Shown here one piece after another: positions 18,485 to 28,711 of a DNA stretch of 61,573 bases (its first letter is position 1; each line of letters begins with the position of its first letter). Below the pieces are notes generated by a model. That model saw nothing but the letters and a program-made list of their open reading frames with translations, ran no database searches and was not told the DNA's origin. The position numbers and the translations under genes were made by a program. The stretch comes from Candidatus Bruticola sp. Its GTDB lineage: Bacteria > Vulcanimicrobiota > Xenobia > Xenobiales > Xenobiaceae. Location: contig JBJEGD010000010.1 of assembly GCA_051874735.1 (NCBI GenBank), positions 1-61,573 of the forward strand, given 5' to 3'.

Positions 18485-19351
18485 TTATTTACTGCGCAAA
18501 GTTGGAGATAACACCGTAATTTGACTGACTCTGCCCTGGGTCAAGCGAAAACCAATGCCTTTGCTCTCATAAATTAAGCTGCCGCCAGTAATTTTTATGT
18601 TGCCAAAGACTTTAGTAACTTCCGCTTGGGAAGAGCCTACTTTTACGCCTTCTTTAGTAATAAAATCGCCAGTTTCCATGACTACGCCTTCGATAATTTG
18701 TTGAGGATTGATAATTAAACCGATAGCCTCTTCTTTATAGCGGTGCAAGTTGCGTCCCTGGCCCATAGGTGTAACGTTGTCGGCGTTTCCCCATGAATTG
18801 CTGACGGTAGAAAGGGGAGTTCCTATCTTTATGCTGCCTACGCGGGTACCGGGTACGATTATACGATCGCCCAGAAGAGGACGATCTTCTTCGCGTTTAA
18901 ACACGTAAATGTTGGCTACTTTACCTGAGCGTATACTGAAAGCTAAACCGCGGGAAGCGTAGTTGATATTGCCTTGGCCGCGCTGGAGTCCTTGACCGTA
19001 AATTTTGGTAACTGAGCTGCCGGGCGATCCTATGCCGATTCCTTCGGGGGTTTTCCAACTGCCGCCGGTAACGGTAACTCCTATAACGGAGCCATTGGAA
19101 CCCATAAATACAGCCAAACCTTGTTTAGTAAAATGGAGCAGCTGCGAATTCGGATCGTTAGGAGAGGCCACTACTTTGCTGGGAGCTCCCAGTATGGAGC
19201 GGACCTGGTTGATGTTCTGTCCTAAACGAACCGCTCCAACTCCCTGGCCGCCGATAATAGTATGGCTGTTAGCGGCGGCTAGAGCTAAACCGGACAAGAA
19301 AAGTAATAAAATTAAGCTTACAGATAAACAAAAACTGCTTTTTCTAATCAT
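18485..19351 (-). CDS. Secreted protein with two tandem ~120-aa repeats (SmpA/BLIP-like half repeats)
   Basis: Signal peptide ending ALA-AA. Repeats TIIGGQGVGAVRLG...TPEGIGIGS...Y.SRGLAF and IIVPGTRVGSIKIG...TKEGVKVGS...YESKGIGF. Confidence 0.75.
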   Translation of the reverse strand: MIRKSSFCLSVSLILLLFLSGLALAAANSHTIIGGQGVGAVRLGQNINQVRSILGAPSKVVASPNDPNSQLLHFTKQGLAVFMGSNGSVIGVTVTGGSWKTPEGIGIGSPGSSVTKIYGQGLQRGQGNINYASRGLAFSIRSGKVANIYVFKREEDRPLLGDRIIVPGTRVGSIKIGTPLSTVSNSWGNADNVTPMGQGRNLHRYKEEAIGLIINPQQIIEGVVMETGDFITKEGVKVGSSQAEVTKVFGNIKITGGSLIYESKGIGFRLTQGRVSQITVLSPTLRSK

Positions 19352-19654
19352 AAACTGTTAAATTCATATCACTTAGATTTGTTCCTTTTAGAAAAATTTT
19401 TGACAACTTAATAAACGGACAAATTTCCAAGGGTAAAGCTAATTTTTGTTGATCAACAGAAGGCGAAGTCGTCGCTTTATTTGTCCAAAGTGCAGGGGCT
19501 TAAAACTTGGAGGCGAAACGAAAAGCAGCCTGGCAGTTTTTGGTATTCTGTTTTCAAACAGAAAGTAGTGAACTGCTGTTTTTCAATTACATAAGATAGT
19601 CTTTTAGTCAAGATTGCAGGGCAGCATTACCGTTATGAGAGCTGGCGGAGATAG

Positions 19655-20857
19655 TTGTATTTGCATCACAGCGAGGAAAACAAAGTGGGCAGATTGTTGA
19701 ACTGGTTCAGCAAAATGGTGGAAAGTGTTACTTTGCATTGTCTTTCGCCCGCTCACCATCGATTGCTAGTATTTTTAATCGTTCTCCTGCTGATTGCCTC
19801 TACGGCGGCCATCGCTTTCGATATCGGCGGTTTGCCCTACAACTGGTTCGCTATACCTGTCTTCCTTTCTTGTATTTTTTTTCGTAGAGGCGGGGCCAAA
19901 GTACTTATTCCTGCTTTTTTACTGCTGATGGTAGGGTTGTGGTGCCGTCAGAAGATGGACCTCGTCGATATCATCAGTTGGTCTTCTTTTGAATTAGCTA
20001 AGTGGTCTATTGTAGCTGCTTTTACTATACTGACTGTTGAAGGGGCCGTGCGTCGGCACCGCCGAGATATCGATTTAGAACATGACGTCGATCGAGCTAG
20101 AACTTTACAGCGGGCTTTAGTGCCTCCCGACTGTGAAATAGGCCGAGTTAAGCTTTGTGGAAGTATGCAACCTTGCCGCAGTGTAGGCGGCGATTTTTAT
20201 TATTTTCGTCCTTTTCAGGAAAAATATATAGTTTTTTGTTTAGGCGACGTGATGGGCAAGGGCATTCCTGCTTCTATGATCATGTCTATCGTGATGAGCT
20301 TCTTTTTTGAATGGGGTAAAAAAAGTCCCTCTCCTTCTCATATCTTGGAAATACTGAACGGTCGCCTGCTCGGCTTATGGCGCGATGACAACACTTGGTT
20401 TACTACGCTGTTTTATGGTGTTTTTAATGAAGAGAATAGTCTGCTGACTTACGCTTCCGGAGGACACGATACGGCTTTGCTGCTCAAAAACAGCGGAGTG
20501 GTGGAAAGGCTGCACACTGATGGCATGCCTATCGGAGCCTTTGAAGAAAGCGTGTGGGATGAAAAATCTGTCCGTTTAGAAGACGGCGATCGCGTGGTGC
20601 TCTTTACCGACGGTCTGACCGAAGAGCGCAGCGCACAGGGAGAATTTTTCGGTTTCGATAGGGTCGTAAAATTTTTGGAAGAGCATCATTCCTGGGAGAC
20701 AGAAAAACTTATCAAAGCTTTAGAAACAGCCGCTTTGAATTACGCTGGCGGAGTAGCCGATGACGACATGGCTATTTTAGTTATGGAAGTCAAAAAAGGG
20801 GTCAAATGGAACCCTCAGAAGGGCTTAGTAGCAAAGTCTTCCAGCTCTGCTAAATAG
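19655..20857 (+). CDS. Membrane-bound PP2C-family (SpoIIE/RsbU-type) serine phosphatase
   Basis: About 4 N-terminal TM helices; ARTLQRAL.P, VGGDFY, GDVMGKG, YASGGH, FTDGLTE, DDMAIL. Confidence 0.92.
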   Translation: MYLHHSEENKVGRLLNWFSKMVESVTLHCLSPAHHRLLVFLIVLLLIASTAAIAFDIGGLPYNWFAIPVFLSCIFFRRGGAKVLIPAFLLLMVGLWCRQKMDLVDIISWSSFELAKWSIVAAFTILTVEGAVRRHRRDIDLEHDVDRARTLQRALVPPDCEIGRVKLCGSMQPCRSVGGDFYYFRPFQEKYIVFCLGDVMGKGIPASMIMSIVMSFFFEWGKKSPSPSHILEILNGRLLGLWRDDNTWFTTLFYGVFNEENSLLTYASGGHDTALLLKNSGVVERLHTDGMPIGAFEESVWDEKSVRLEDGDRVVLFTDGLTEERSAQGEFFGFDRVVKFLEEHHSWETEKLIKALETAALNYAGGVADDDMAILVMEVKKGVKWNPQKGLVAKSSSSAK

Positions 20858-21017
20858 GGCAGGAATATATTTATAAGTGTGGAGAGAGCGGGCGCCGCTG
20901 TTACTTTTAGGTATCTTAGCGCATAAAATAGGCAGGAGAGGCTTGCTTTCGTGTTAAAGATTCTGATGCTTTTAGAGTGTAAGAACTGAGGCTGGAGAGC
21001 ATACCGTTCGGCTGTCG

Positions 21018-21053
21018 GCCTAGAAGGTGGGAGCTTCTTGGGCGCTTTTTTTT
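21018..21053 (+). terminator. Possible intrinsic terminator upstream of tkt
   Basis: GCCTAGAAG...CTTCTTGGGC imperfect hairpin followed by an 8-T run. Confidence 0.4.
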
Positions 21054-21105
21054 GAAAAATCCAACCTCCTAATTTAGTAAAAATTTATTTAAGGAGATTA
21101 TTCCT

Positions 21106-23112
21106 TTGATTAATAATTCAGCAGGCGACACACTTTGCATCAATGTTATTCGCGGTTTGGCCATGGATGGCCCTCAGCAGGCTCGTTCCGGTCACCCTGG
21201 CGCCGCTATGGCCTTAGCTCCTTTGGGCTGGACTATGTTTAGTAAAATAATGAAGCACGATCCCCAAGATCCGCGTTGGTACAACCGCGATCGCTTTATA
21301 TTGTCTTGTGGTCACGCTTCTATGCTGATTTACAGTTTGCTACATCTTTCTGGCTACAGTCTGTCTCTCGATGATCTTAAAAATTTCCGTCAATGGGGTT
21401 CTTTAACTCCTGGTCATCCTGAATATGGCCATACTGCTGGCGTGGAAATGACTACCGGCCCCTTAGGTCAGGGGCTTTCCAGTGCTGTAGGTTTCGCTTT
21501 AGCTGAGCGCTACATAGCTTCCTATTTTAACCGTCCCCATTTCGAGGTAATGGATCATTATACATACGTATTTTGTTCCGATGGCGATTTAATGGAAGGC
21601 ATTACTTCTGAAGCTGGATCTTTAGCCGCTGCTTTGGGGCTGGGCAAGCTTATTGCTGTTTACGATGATAACCGCATTACTATTGAGGGCAGTACTGACA
21701 TTACCTTTACCGAAGATAGAGTAGCCCGCTACGCTGCTTATGGCTGGCATGTTCAGTGTGTAGCCGATGCTAATGATACTGAAGCCTTTGCCGCCGCCGT
21801 GGCTGAAGCTCAGAAAGATCCGCGTCCTTCGCTTATCTCAGTGCGTTCCCATATCGCTTATCCTTCTCCTAAAATGCAAGATACTTCCGCCTCTCACGGT
21901 ACGCCTTTCGGTGAAGAAGAAATAGCGGCGACCAAGAAGGTCATGGGATTACCTGAACACGAAAAATTCTATGTGCCCGCTGAAGTCTACGAAGCTAGTA
22001 ACCAGATCAAAGCTAAAGGGGCTCAGGCACATGCTGCTTGGAGTGAGCTTTTTGCCGCTTATGCCAAAGAATATCCTGAGTTGGCCGCTGAGTTTGAAAA
22101 CTGGATGGAAGGACGTCTGCCTGAAGGTTGGGACGTCGATCTCATTAATTTCCCGCCCGACGCCAAAGGTTTGGCTACCAGAGCCGCTTCAGGTAAAGTA
22201 ATAAACGCTATTGCCGCCCGTGTACCCAACTTAATTGGAGGTTCTGCCGACTTAGAGCCCTCCACCAAAACTTTTATAAAAGGTTCTACCGCTCAGAGCC
22301 CTGAGCATCATGAGGGGCGCAATATTCACTTTGGAATTCGTGAACACGCTATGGGCGCTGTAGTTAACGGCATGATGCTGCACGGAGGCGTCAAGGCCTA
22401 CGACGCCACTTTCTTAGTCTTTGCCGATTATATGCGAGGTTCTGTTCGCTTAGGTGCTTTAATGGGCTTAAACGCAGTTCATGTCTGGACGCATGATTCT
22501 ATAGGCTTAGGTGAGGACGGCCCGACGCACCAGCCGATTGAACATTTAGCTTCACTGCGCATTATTCCTAACTTTACGCTGCTGCGTCCGTGTGATGCCA
22601 ATGAAACCGCTGAAGCTTGGAAGGCAGCTTTAAAACATAATGATGGTCCGGTGGGATTAGCTCTTACTCGTCAGAATCTGCCTACCCTCGATCGTACTAA
22701 ATACGCTCCGGCTGACGGTTTGCACCGCGGCGCCTATGTATTGGCGGAAGCTGAGGGGGCTGAGCCCAAAATTATTCTTATGGCCTCCGGTTCCGAAGTG
22801 CACATTGCCTTAGCCGCTCGCGATATACTTCAATCTGAAGGCATTCCTACTCGTGTCGTCAGCTTCCCCTCTTGGGAGTTATTTGAATCTCAAAGTGAAG
22901 AGTACCGCGAGTCGGTGTTGCCTAGTAAAGTAAAAGCCCGTCTCTCTATAGAAGCTGCTTCTACTTTTGGTTGGAGTAAATATGTAGGCAGTGAGGGCAG
23001 CTCTTTGGGCATAGACCATTTTGGCGCTTCTGCACCTTACGAAGTTCTTTACGAGAAGTTCGGACTGACCGCCGAAAATGCGGCTGCCCGTGCCAAAATG
23101 CTGCTTAAATAG
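21106..23112 (+). CDS. tkt: Transketolase
   Basis: [73 protein letters not shown]. Confidence 0.98.
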   Translation: MINNSAGDTLCINVIRGLAMDGPQQARSGHPGAAMALAPLGWTMFSKIMKHDPQDPRWYNRDRFILSCGHASMLIYSLLHLSGYSLSLDDLKNFRQWGSLTPGHPEYGHTAGVEMTTGPLGQGLSSAVGFALAERYIASYFNRPHFEVMDHYTYVFCSDGDLMEGITSEAGSLAAALGLGKLIAVYDDNRITIEGSTDITFTEDRVARYAAYGWHVQCVADANDTEAFAAAVAEAQKDPRPSLISVRSHIAYPSPKMQDTSASHGTPFGEEEIAATKKVMGLPEHEKFYVPAEVYEASNQIKAKGAQAHAAWSELFAAYAKEYPELAAEFENWMEGRLPEGWDVDLINFPPDAKGLATRAASGKVINAIAARVPNLIGGSADLEPSTKTFIKGSTAQSPEHHEGRNIHFGIREHAMGAVVNGMMLHGGVKAYDATFLVFADYMRGSVRLGALMGLNAVHVWTHDSIGLGEDGPTHQPIEHLASLRIIPNFTLLRPCDANETAEAWKAALKHNDGPVGLALTRQNLPTLDRTKYAPADGLHRGAYVLAEAEGAEPKIILMASGSEVHIALAARDILQSEGIPTRVVSFPSWELFESQSEEYRESVLPSKVKARLSIEAASTFGWSKYVGSEGSSLGIDHFGASAPYEVLYEKFGLTAENAAARAKMLLK

Positions 23113-23131
23113 TTCAGTTTTTATTTGTTAG

Positions 23132-23183
23132 TTCTCTCGGTACCATCTGCTGTCGTCTGTGGCGGCCGTTTGGTATCGGGAGG
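23132..23183 (+). other. Intergenic stem-loop between tkt and tal
   Basis: CTCTCGGTACCA...TGGTATCGGGAG imperfect inverted repeat followed by a T-rich tract. Confidence 0.4.
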
Positions 23184-23221
23184 GCGCTTTTTTTCTCCAC
23201 CCTGGAAAGGAACAGTTTCTC

Positions 23222-24352
23222 ATGTCTAATCTTTTAATTGAGCTCCACAAAGCCGGCGTGAGCCCTTGGCTGGATAATCTGAAGCGCGAAATGTTCGCCG
23301 ACGGATCGCTAGCTAAGCTTATTGCGGAAGGCGGAGTGCGTGGTCAAACTTCCAATCCTTCAATATTCCAAAATTCTATCTCAAAAAGTTCTATATACGA
23401 TGAAGAAATTTTGCGCTTGGCTAAGCTTGGTATGGAAGCCGAGCCCATTGTCTGGGAGCTGATGAGCGAAGATGTCCGCTCCGCCTGCGATGTGTTTAAA
23501 AATTTATTTGACACTTCCGGCGGCGCAGATGGTTTTGTAAGTTTGGAACTCAATCCTACATTGGCCGCCGATACTGAGGCTAGTTTGCATCAGGCCCGGG
23601 AACTGATCGCCAAGGTCGATCGTCCTAACCTTATGATTAAGGTGCCGGCTACTAAAGAAGGTATCCCCGTGGTGGAGGCTTTAACAGCCGAAGGCATAAG
23701 TGTTAATGTCACTTTGCTCTTCTCAGTTGAGCGTTACGCTGAGGTTATCGAAGCTTGGATGCGCGGTTTAGAAAAGAGAGCTGAGCAAGGGCTGTCCCTC
23801 AAGGGTATTAACTCGGTGGCCAGTTTCTTTATCAGCCGCGTTGATACGGAATGTGATAAACGTTTAGACAAGGCTTATGCTGCTGATCACAGTTTAATTG
23901 AAAAATATGGTGACTTGCGTGGCAAGATGGCTGTAGCCAACGCTTGTCTGGCTTATGAGCTCTTCTTAAATAAAACTAGATCTGAGCGCTGGCAGAAGCT
24001 AGCTGCTTTAGGAGCTTCTGTGCAGCGTCCGCTGTGGGCTAGTACCAGTACTAAGAATCCGGCTTATAAAGATACGCTTTACGTAGATGAACTTATTGGC
24101 CCCGATTGCGTCAACACTATGCCTGACAATACGGTAGCCGCTTTCGCCGATCATGGTACGGTGAAGGTAACTTTAACTCCCGAGGCTATAGCTGAAGCTC
24201 ACGAGTTGTTGGATAAGTTCGCTCAAAGCGGCCAAAATTTATCCGACGTAACGGACAATGTGCTTATGGCTGACGGTGTCAAAAAGTTCGCCGCCGCTTA
24301 CGAGCAGCTTTTAGAAGCTGTAGCTGCTAAGCGTTTGGCCCTCTTGGCTTAA
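23222..24352 (+). CDS. tal: Transaldolase (long actinobacterial/cyanobacterial type)
   Basis: WLDNL, G.TSNPSIF, DGFVSLE, MIKVPAT (Schiff-base Lys), NVTLLFS, SVASFFISRVD, QRPLWASTSTK. ATG 23222 follows an AAGGA RBS. Confidence 0.96.
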   Translation: MSNLLIELHKAGVSPWLDNLKREMFADGSLAKLIAEGGVRGQTSNPSIFQNSISKSSIYDEEILRLAKLGMEAEPIVWELMSEDVRSACDVFKNLFDTSGGADGFVSLELNPTLAADTEASLHQARELIAKVDRPNLMIKVPATKEGIPVVEALTAEGISVNVTLLFSVERYAEVIEAWMRGLEKRAEQGLSLKGINSVASFFISRVDTECDKRLDKAYAADHSLIEKYGDLRGKMAVANACLAYELFLNKTRSERWQKLAALGASVQRPLWASTSTKNPAYKDTLYVDELIGPDCVNTMPDNTVAAFADHGTVKVTLTPEAIAEAHELLDKFAQSGQNLSDVTDNVLMADGVKKFAAAYEQLLEAVAAKRLALLA

Positions 24353-24408
24353 TTGTTTGCTGGAAGCGGATGGCGGCGAGTTTTAATGTTGGGCTGTCAA
24401 TCTGCGTT

Positions 24409-24448
24409 AGCGGGCCGGGTCTGGCACAGACCCGGCCCGCTTTCATTT
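24409..24448 (+). terminator. Intrinsic terminator of tkt-tal
   Basis: 15-bp perfect stem AGCGGGCCGGGTCTG-GCA-CAGACCCGGCCCGCT followed by TTCATTT. Confidence 0.8.
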
Positions 24449-24480
24449 GTTATATATTATAAAGGCGGCGTTGCAAAAAT

Positions 24481-25335
24481 ATGGAAAAACGATTGCAAAG
24501 CGGATGCGGAATCTGTTATATACCCGACGGTGTGGAGATTTCCGCTGCTTGGGCCAGGGTTACTCATTTAGCGGTAGGAGCTCATCCCGATGATATTGAG
24601 TTTATGGCTTGGCACGGTATTTTGGAAGGTTTCAGCAGTGAAGATAAATTTTTTGCTGGGGTTACTCTTACTAACGGTGGGGGCAGTTCGCGTATAGGAG
24701 CTTATGCTCAGTTTAGCGATGCGCAGATGAGGGAAGTGCGTCTGCAGGAACAGAAAAAAGCTGCCCATCTGGGTAATTACGCCGCTTTAGCTGCTTTGGG
24801 CTATACTAGCTCTCAGGTGCGTCTAACTAAAAAAGAGGCGGTAAAAAGCGATATAAAAACGATTATTAAAGCTGCTCGCCCGCAGGTTATTTTTACTCAT
24901 AATTTGGCTGACAGGCACAAGACTCATTTAGCTACCGTCCTGCTGACCATTGAGGCTTTGCGCGAACTAGGTCCTGATTATTATCCTGAAGAATTTTACG
25001 GAGGGGAAGTGTGGCGCAGTTTAGACTGGCTTCCGGTGACGGAACGCCGCTCTTTCGACGTCGGAGGTCGACCCAATGTCAATGAAGCGTTAATGGCTTT
25101 ATACGATTCACAGATAAGCGGCGGCAAGAATTATCACCGAGCTACTAAAGGACGAAGAGAAGCTAACGCTACTTATGCCGACGCCTATGCTCCCGACGAG
25201 GCCGATCTGCTGGAGCTTTTTATGAATTTAAAACCATTGCTTGATAAGCCCGACTTATCACCGGCTAATTATTTGTCTAGTCTCATTGACAAGTTTAAAG
25301 CTGAAACTATAGCCAATCTTTCCAATTTAAGTTGA
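24481..25335 (+). CDS. PIG-L/LmbE family deacetylase
   Basis: GAHPDDIE metal motif, R..EQ..AA, THN.ADRH.TH, E.W. Confidence 0.88.
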   Translation: MEKRLQSGCGICYIPDGVEISAAWARVTHLAVGAHPDDIEFMAWHGILEGFSSEDKFFAGVTLTNGGGSSRIGAYAQFSDAQMREVRLQEQKKAAHLGNYAALAALGYTSSQVRLTKKEAVKSDIKTIIKAARPQVIFTHNLADRHKTHLATVLLTIEALRELGPDYYPEEFYGGEVWRSLDWLPVTERRSFDVGGRPNVNEALMALYDSQISGGKNYHRATKGRREANATYADAYAPDEADLLELFMNLKPLLDKPDLSPANYLSSLIDKFKAETIANLSNLS

Positions 25336-25449
25336 TTATAGAGCGGCGTTAAGAGCAGATATTGCCGTTAGCTGCGGACCTGCTTATAATAGCCGGTGTA
25401 AATTAAACAGAGTTTTATCGATCCGGAATATAAAAGAGGATAGAGCGTA

Positions 25450-26082
25450 GTGAAGAGAATGAGCGGTAGTTATTGGTTTAAGAGGGCAGTTTGCGCAGCT
25501 GCAATTTTTCTGTATATTGGCTGTCCTGTCTCAGCTGAGCCGACAGCAGAAGAGCTTTTCCCTATTAATGGTGATATTGACGTCCATGTAGTTGAGACTC
25601 CTAGTTCAGTTAACCGGGCTAAAGCTGTTTCTCAAGCTGTGCCCGCAGAAGTAAAAACTGAAATTAAAGCCGATCTGCGTGAACTGTACAGCGCTTACCG
25701 CGATAAAAATGTGGACAAAGTTATGGAAGTTCTGCATGAGTGCATTGAGAGCTCCGCTTTAGAGTATGCTAGCCGTCACAAAGAAGATCCGGAAGCTGCT
25801 GATAAAATTCGCGACGCCTACAAGGCGTTTCATGAAGATATTTTTAATCATAAAGATTACGTTTTGGATCCCTTTACTTTAGAATTCTGCACTTATCAAA
25901 CGTTGGCTAATGGCAATGTCGAGGTTGCCTCGGCCGTACCCGTTATAAGTTCTAAGTCCATGGATTTTAAAGAAGAGACTCCAGATCAAACTCATTATAT
26001 GACCATATCTCTGCGTTTGGGCCGTTTTGTTTATGCCCGCGGGGATAAGGGCTGGCATATTGTAGAAATGGATTTGTTCTAA
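25450..26082 (+). CDS. Hypothetical secreted protein, possible NTF2/SnoaL-like fold
   Basis: Signal peptide (VSA-E); LYSAYRDKNVDKVM helix and terminal GWHIV strand typical of NTF2-like folds. Confidence 0.6.
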   Translation: MKRMSGSYWFKRAVCAAAIFLYIGCPVSAEPTAEELFPINGDIDVHVVETPSSVNRAKAVSQAVPAEVKTEIKADLRELYSAYRDKNVDKVMEVLHECIESSALEYASRHKEDPEAADKIRDAYKAFHEDIFNHKDYVLDPFTLEFCTYQTLANGNVEVASAVPVISSKSMDFKEETPDQTHYMTISLRLGRFVYARGDKGWHIVEMDLF

Positions 26083-26086
26083 TTTT

Positions 26087-27262
26087 ATGGCTCGTCCCGA
26101 CAGTTTAGAGTTTATAGATAATTTGCGCTGTCAGCTGCAAACTAATTTTAAAGATCGTTTAGATGAGGCTGGCAAAGTTAATTTAAAAGAGCTTTTACCC
26201 GATGAATTGGAAAAGTTCTTTGCTATTTTGGGAGAGTCCAAATACAGAGCTGGTCAGCTGCTGCGCTGGATTTATGTGCGCCGAGTCGCATCTTTTGAAG
26301 AAATGACCGATTTGTCCGCTAAGTTGCGTTCTCGTCTTATCCAGTTGGCCTCGATACCTCGCCTTAGGTTTGCCGATCCTAAACTTTCCATACAGGATAC
26401 TTCTAAATTTCTCTTTGTTTTGCCCGACGGTAATATGGTTGAGAGCGTAAAAATGCGCTATTTAGAGCATTTAGGGCCGGGAAGGGTGGCTGTCTGCATT
26501 TCTAGTCAGGTTGGCTGCGCCATGGGATGCCATTTTTGCGCTTCAGGTAAAGCCGGTTTAGTGCGCAATTTGCGGGCTTGGGAGATTGTCGATCAAGCCC
26601 TACAGATTCAGCGCTGTCTAGATGGTTGCAATGAAAGGGTAGCCAATATCGTTTTTATGGGTATAGGCGAGCCTTTCAACAATATGGATAATGTGCTGCG
26701 GGCTATAAAGCTTATCAACTGCGGCGACGGTTTCGGAGTCGGTATGCGCCATATCGCTGTTTCTACTTGCGGTGTAGTTCCAGGTATAGAAAAACTTACG
26801 CAGCTTAAGTATCCGCTAAAACTGGCTATCTCTTTGCATGCGGTGACTGATGAACTGCGCTCGAAGCTTATGCCTATCAACAAACGTTGGAATTTGCAGG
26901 CTTTAATTGAAGCGTGTCGCCATTATCAAGAAGTAGTGGGAAGGCGCATTACCTTCGAGTATATTATGCTCGAAGGAGTTAACGACAGTCTGGAAGATGC
27001 CACTCGCTTAGTAAGCCTTTTGAAGGGATTGCGCGCTTTAGTTAATCTTATTCCTTGGAATGCTGTTGAACATCCTGAATTTAAGCGCAGTTCGACTCAT
27101 AGGGTGCGCCGCTTCCAAGAGCGTGTGCAGGAATTAGGATTGCGCTGTACGCTGCGTCGCGAAAAAGGTTCCGACATAGATGCCGCCTGTGGCCAGCTGC
27201 GGTTGCGCAAAGCTGCCGAACTTAAAGATGAGTCGGAGGCTTATTTTAACGAGCAAGATTGA
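26087..27262 (+). CDS. rlmN: 23S rRNA (adenine2503-C2)-methyltransferase RlmN
   Basis: CISSQVGCAMGCHFC radical-SAM motif, FMGIGEP, SLHA, EYIM, NDS, DIDAACGQL. Confidence 0.96.
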   Translation: MARPDSLEFIDNLRCQLQTNFKDRLDEAGKVNLKELLPDELEKFFAILGESKYRAGQLLRWIYVRRVASFEEMTDLSAKLRSRLIQLASIPRLRFADPKLSIQDTSKFLFVLPDGNMVESVKMRYLEHLGPGRVAVCISSQVGCAMGCHFCASGKAGLVRNLRAWEIVDQALQIQRCLDGCNERVANIVFMGIGEPFNNMDNVLRAIKLINCGDGFGVGMRHIAVSTCGVVPGIEKLTQLKYPLKLAISLHAVTDELRSKLMPINKRWNLQALIEACRHYQEVVGRRITFEYIMLEGVNDSLEDATRLVSLLKGLRALVNLIPWNAVEHPEFKRSSTHRVRRFQERVQELGLRCTLRREKGSDIDAACGQLRLRKAAELKDESEAYFNEQD

Positions 27263-27325
27263 CAGTTTGTATAGGTTGGCAATGGGGTACGTTGGTAAAT
27301 AGAGGAGTAATAGGCAAGTAAGTTC

Positions 27326-28024
27326 ATGAGCATGAAAGAACTTTTCCGCAAAATAGAAAACGTTCTGGAAAGGCACGTTGAAGGAGAAAATAGGCCAGAT
27401 ATGTTCGCTTTAGAGGCGTCGCGTATGGCTCAGAGGCTATTACTTAATCATAAATTCAAACTTAATAAGCTCACTATCATTCCTAACCTGATTATCGTGC
27501 CTTTTACTGATTCTGCAAAAGTCAAAAAAGGCTACGCCGCTGAATTAGTGTCTTCGGTTAGCCGAAGCATCGATACCAGCTCGTATACGTTATTATCTCC
27601 GTTAATGGCGCGTTTTGTTTCTGTAAAGGACGGTTTTAAATGTTTAGAAGTAGCTTGGTCTGACGAAGCAGGGCAGCCGCTAGTCGGTCTGGCAGAGTGC
27701 GTAGAAGGGCCCATGAAGGGTAAACTTTGGGGCATACCTCCTAGCGGCGCCGTCATAGGGCGAGGTATCGACGCTACTATCTGCGTAAGATGCGATTTAA
27801 AAATGTCTCGCATGCATTTGAAAGTTTCAGTAACAGCTAAAGATCGTATAGCGCTGCGCGATTTAAATAGCAGTAACGGAACGTTCGTTAAGGGCGCTCC
27901 TTTAGCAGTTCAGAAAGGCAAAAAAATAGAAAGCGGCACTGAAGTGTATTTAGGAGTGTCGTCTTTCTGCTTTTACGCTTTGCCTGGTCAGTACGAACGC
28001 TGGGGGGCGCCAACTCCGTTGTGA
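27326..28024 (+). CDS. FHA domain protein, FhaA-like architecture
   Basis: C-terminal FHA motifs IGRG, SRMH, DLNSSNGT. The N-terminus (FRKIENVLERHVEG...IIPN) resembles the FhaA N-domain. Confidence 0.8.
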   Translation: MSMKELFRKIENVLERHVEGENRPDMFALEASRMAQRLLLNHKFKLNKLTIIPNLIIVPFTDSAKVKKGYAAELVSSVSRSIDTSSYTLLSPLMARFVSVKDGFKCLEVAWSDEAGQPLVGLAECVEGPMKGKLWGIPPSGAVIGRGIDATICVRCDLKMSRMHLKVSVTAKDRIALRDLNSSNGTFVKGAPLAVQKGKKIESGTEVYLGVSSFCFYALPGQYERWGAPTPL

Positions 28025-28055
28025 CCAGTTTTTTTTCGCTGAAAAATAGTTGTGC

Positions 28056-28574
28056 TTAGTCAGCCTGCTGCTTAACTAACATTCGATTGATTACAAAATT
28101 TTCTAAGCAGCGCACGGCTTTCATCCACCGTTGCTCGTATACATGTTGCGGACGTATCAAAGCTGTGTGCATACCGCAACAACGGCCAGCCAATATATCG
28201 GTGAACAGCTGATCGCCTACCATAATAGCTTCATCGCGTTCGATACTGAGCCGCTTTAAAGCGCGGCGCAGCCCTGCAGTTGATGGCTTGAGGGCTTGCG
28301 GTACGAAAGGAATGCTAAGCCGCTTAGCTACTCGCTCTAAGCGAGCAGTTACAGCGTTGGAAACGATACAAAGTCTGAAACCTGCAGCTTTAGCTTTTTT
28401 TACCCAGCGGCAAACAGAATTTGGCAAAGAAGTACCATTCCACTTTACTAAAGTGTTATCGAAGTCGAGAAGAATACCTTTTATGCCGAGTTCTTTGAGC
28501 TGAACAAGATCGACGTCGGCCACAGAAGACACTTTAAAACTGGGAGATAACAGATCTTTTATCATAACAGTCAA
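28056..28574 (-). CDS. YqeG family HAD-IIIA phosphatase
   Basis: GILLDFDNTL, IVSN, KP, MVGDQLFTDILAG. Confidence 0.92.
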   Translation of the reverse strand: MTVMIKDLLSPSFKVSSVADVDLVQLKELGIKGILLDFDNTLVKWNGTSLPNSVCRWVKKAKAAGFRLCIVSNAVTARLERVAKRLSIPFVPQALKPSTAGLRRALKRLSIERDEAIMVGDQLFTDILAGRCCGMHTALIRPQHVYEQRWMKAVRCLENFVINRMLVKQQAD

Positions 28575-28711
28575 ATTTTATCATAAACTTGATTGAACAA
28601 ACAGTTAATTGTCTGCCATTCAGTTAATATAATGTTAAAACTGTATAAAAATATTATTCACTTTCTAGTTAGATTAGTTCGTTTTTTTAATAAAGATAGC
28701 CAATTAATCGC

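Noticed and set aside
24353-24571. 72-aa ORF between tal and the deacetylase
   Set aside because: It runs through the tkt-tal terminator and overlaps the next gene, and has a TTG start without an RBS.
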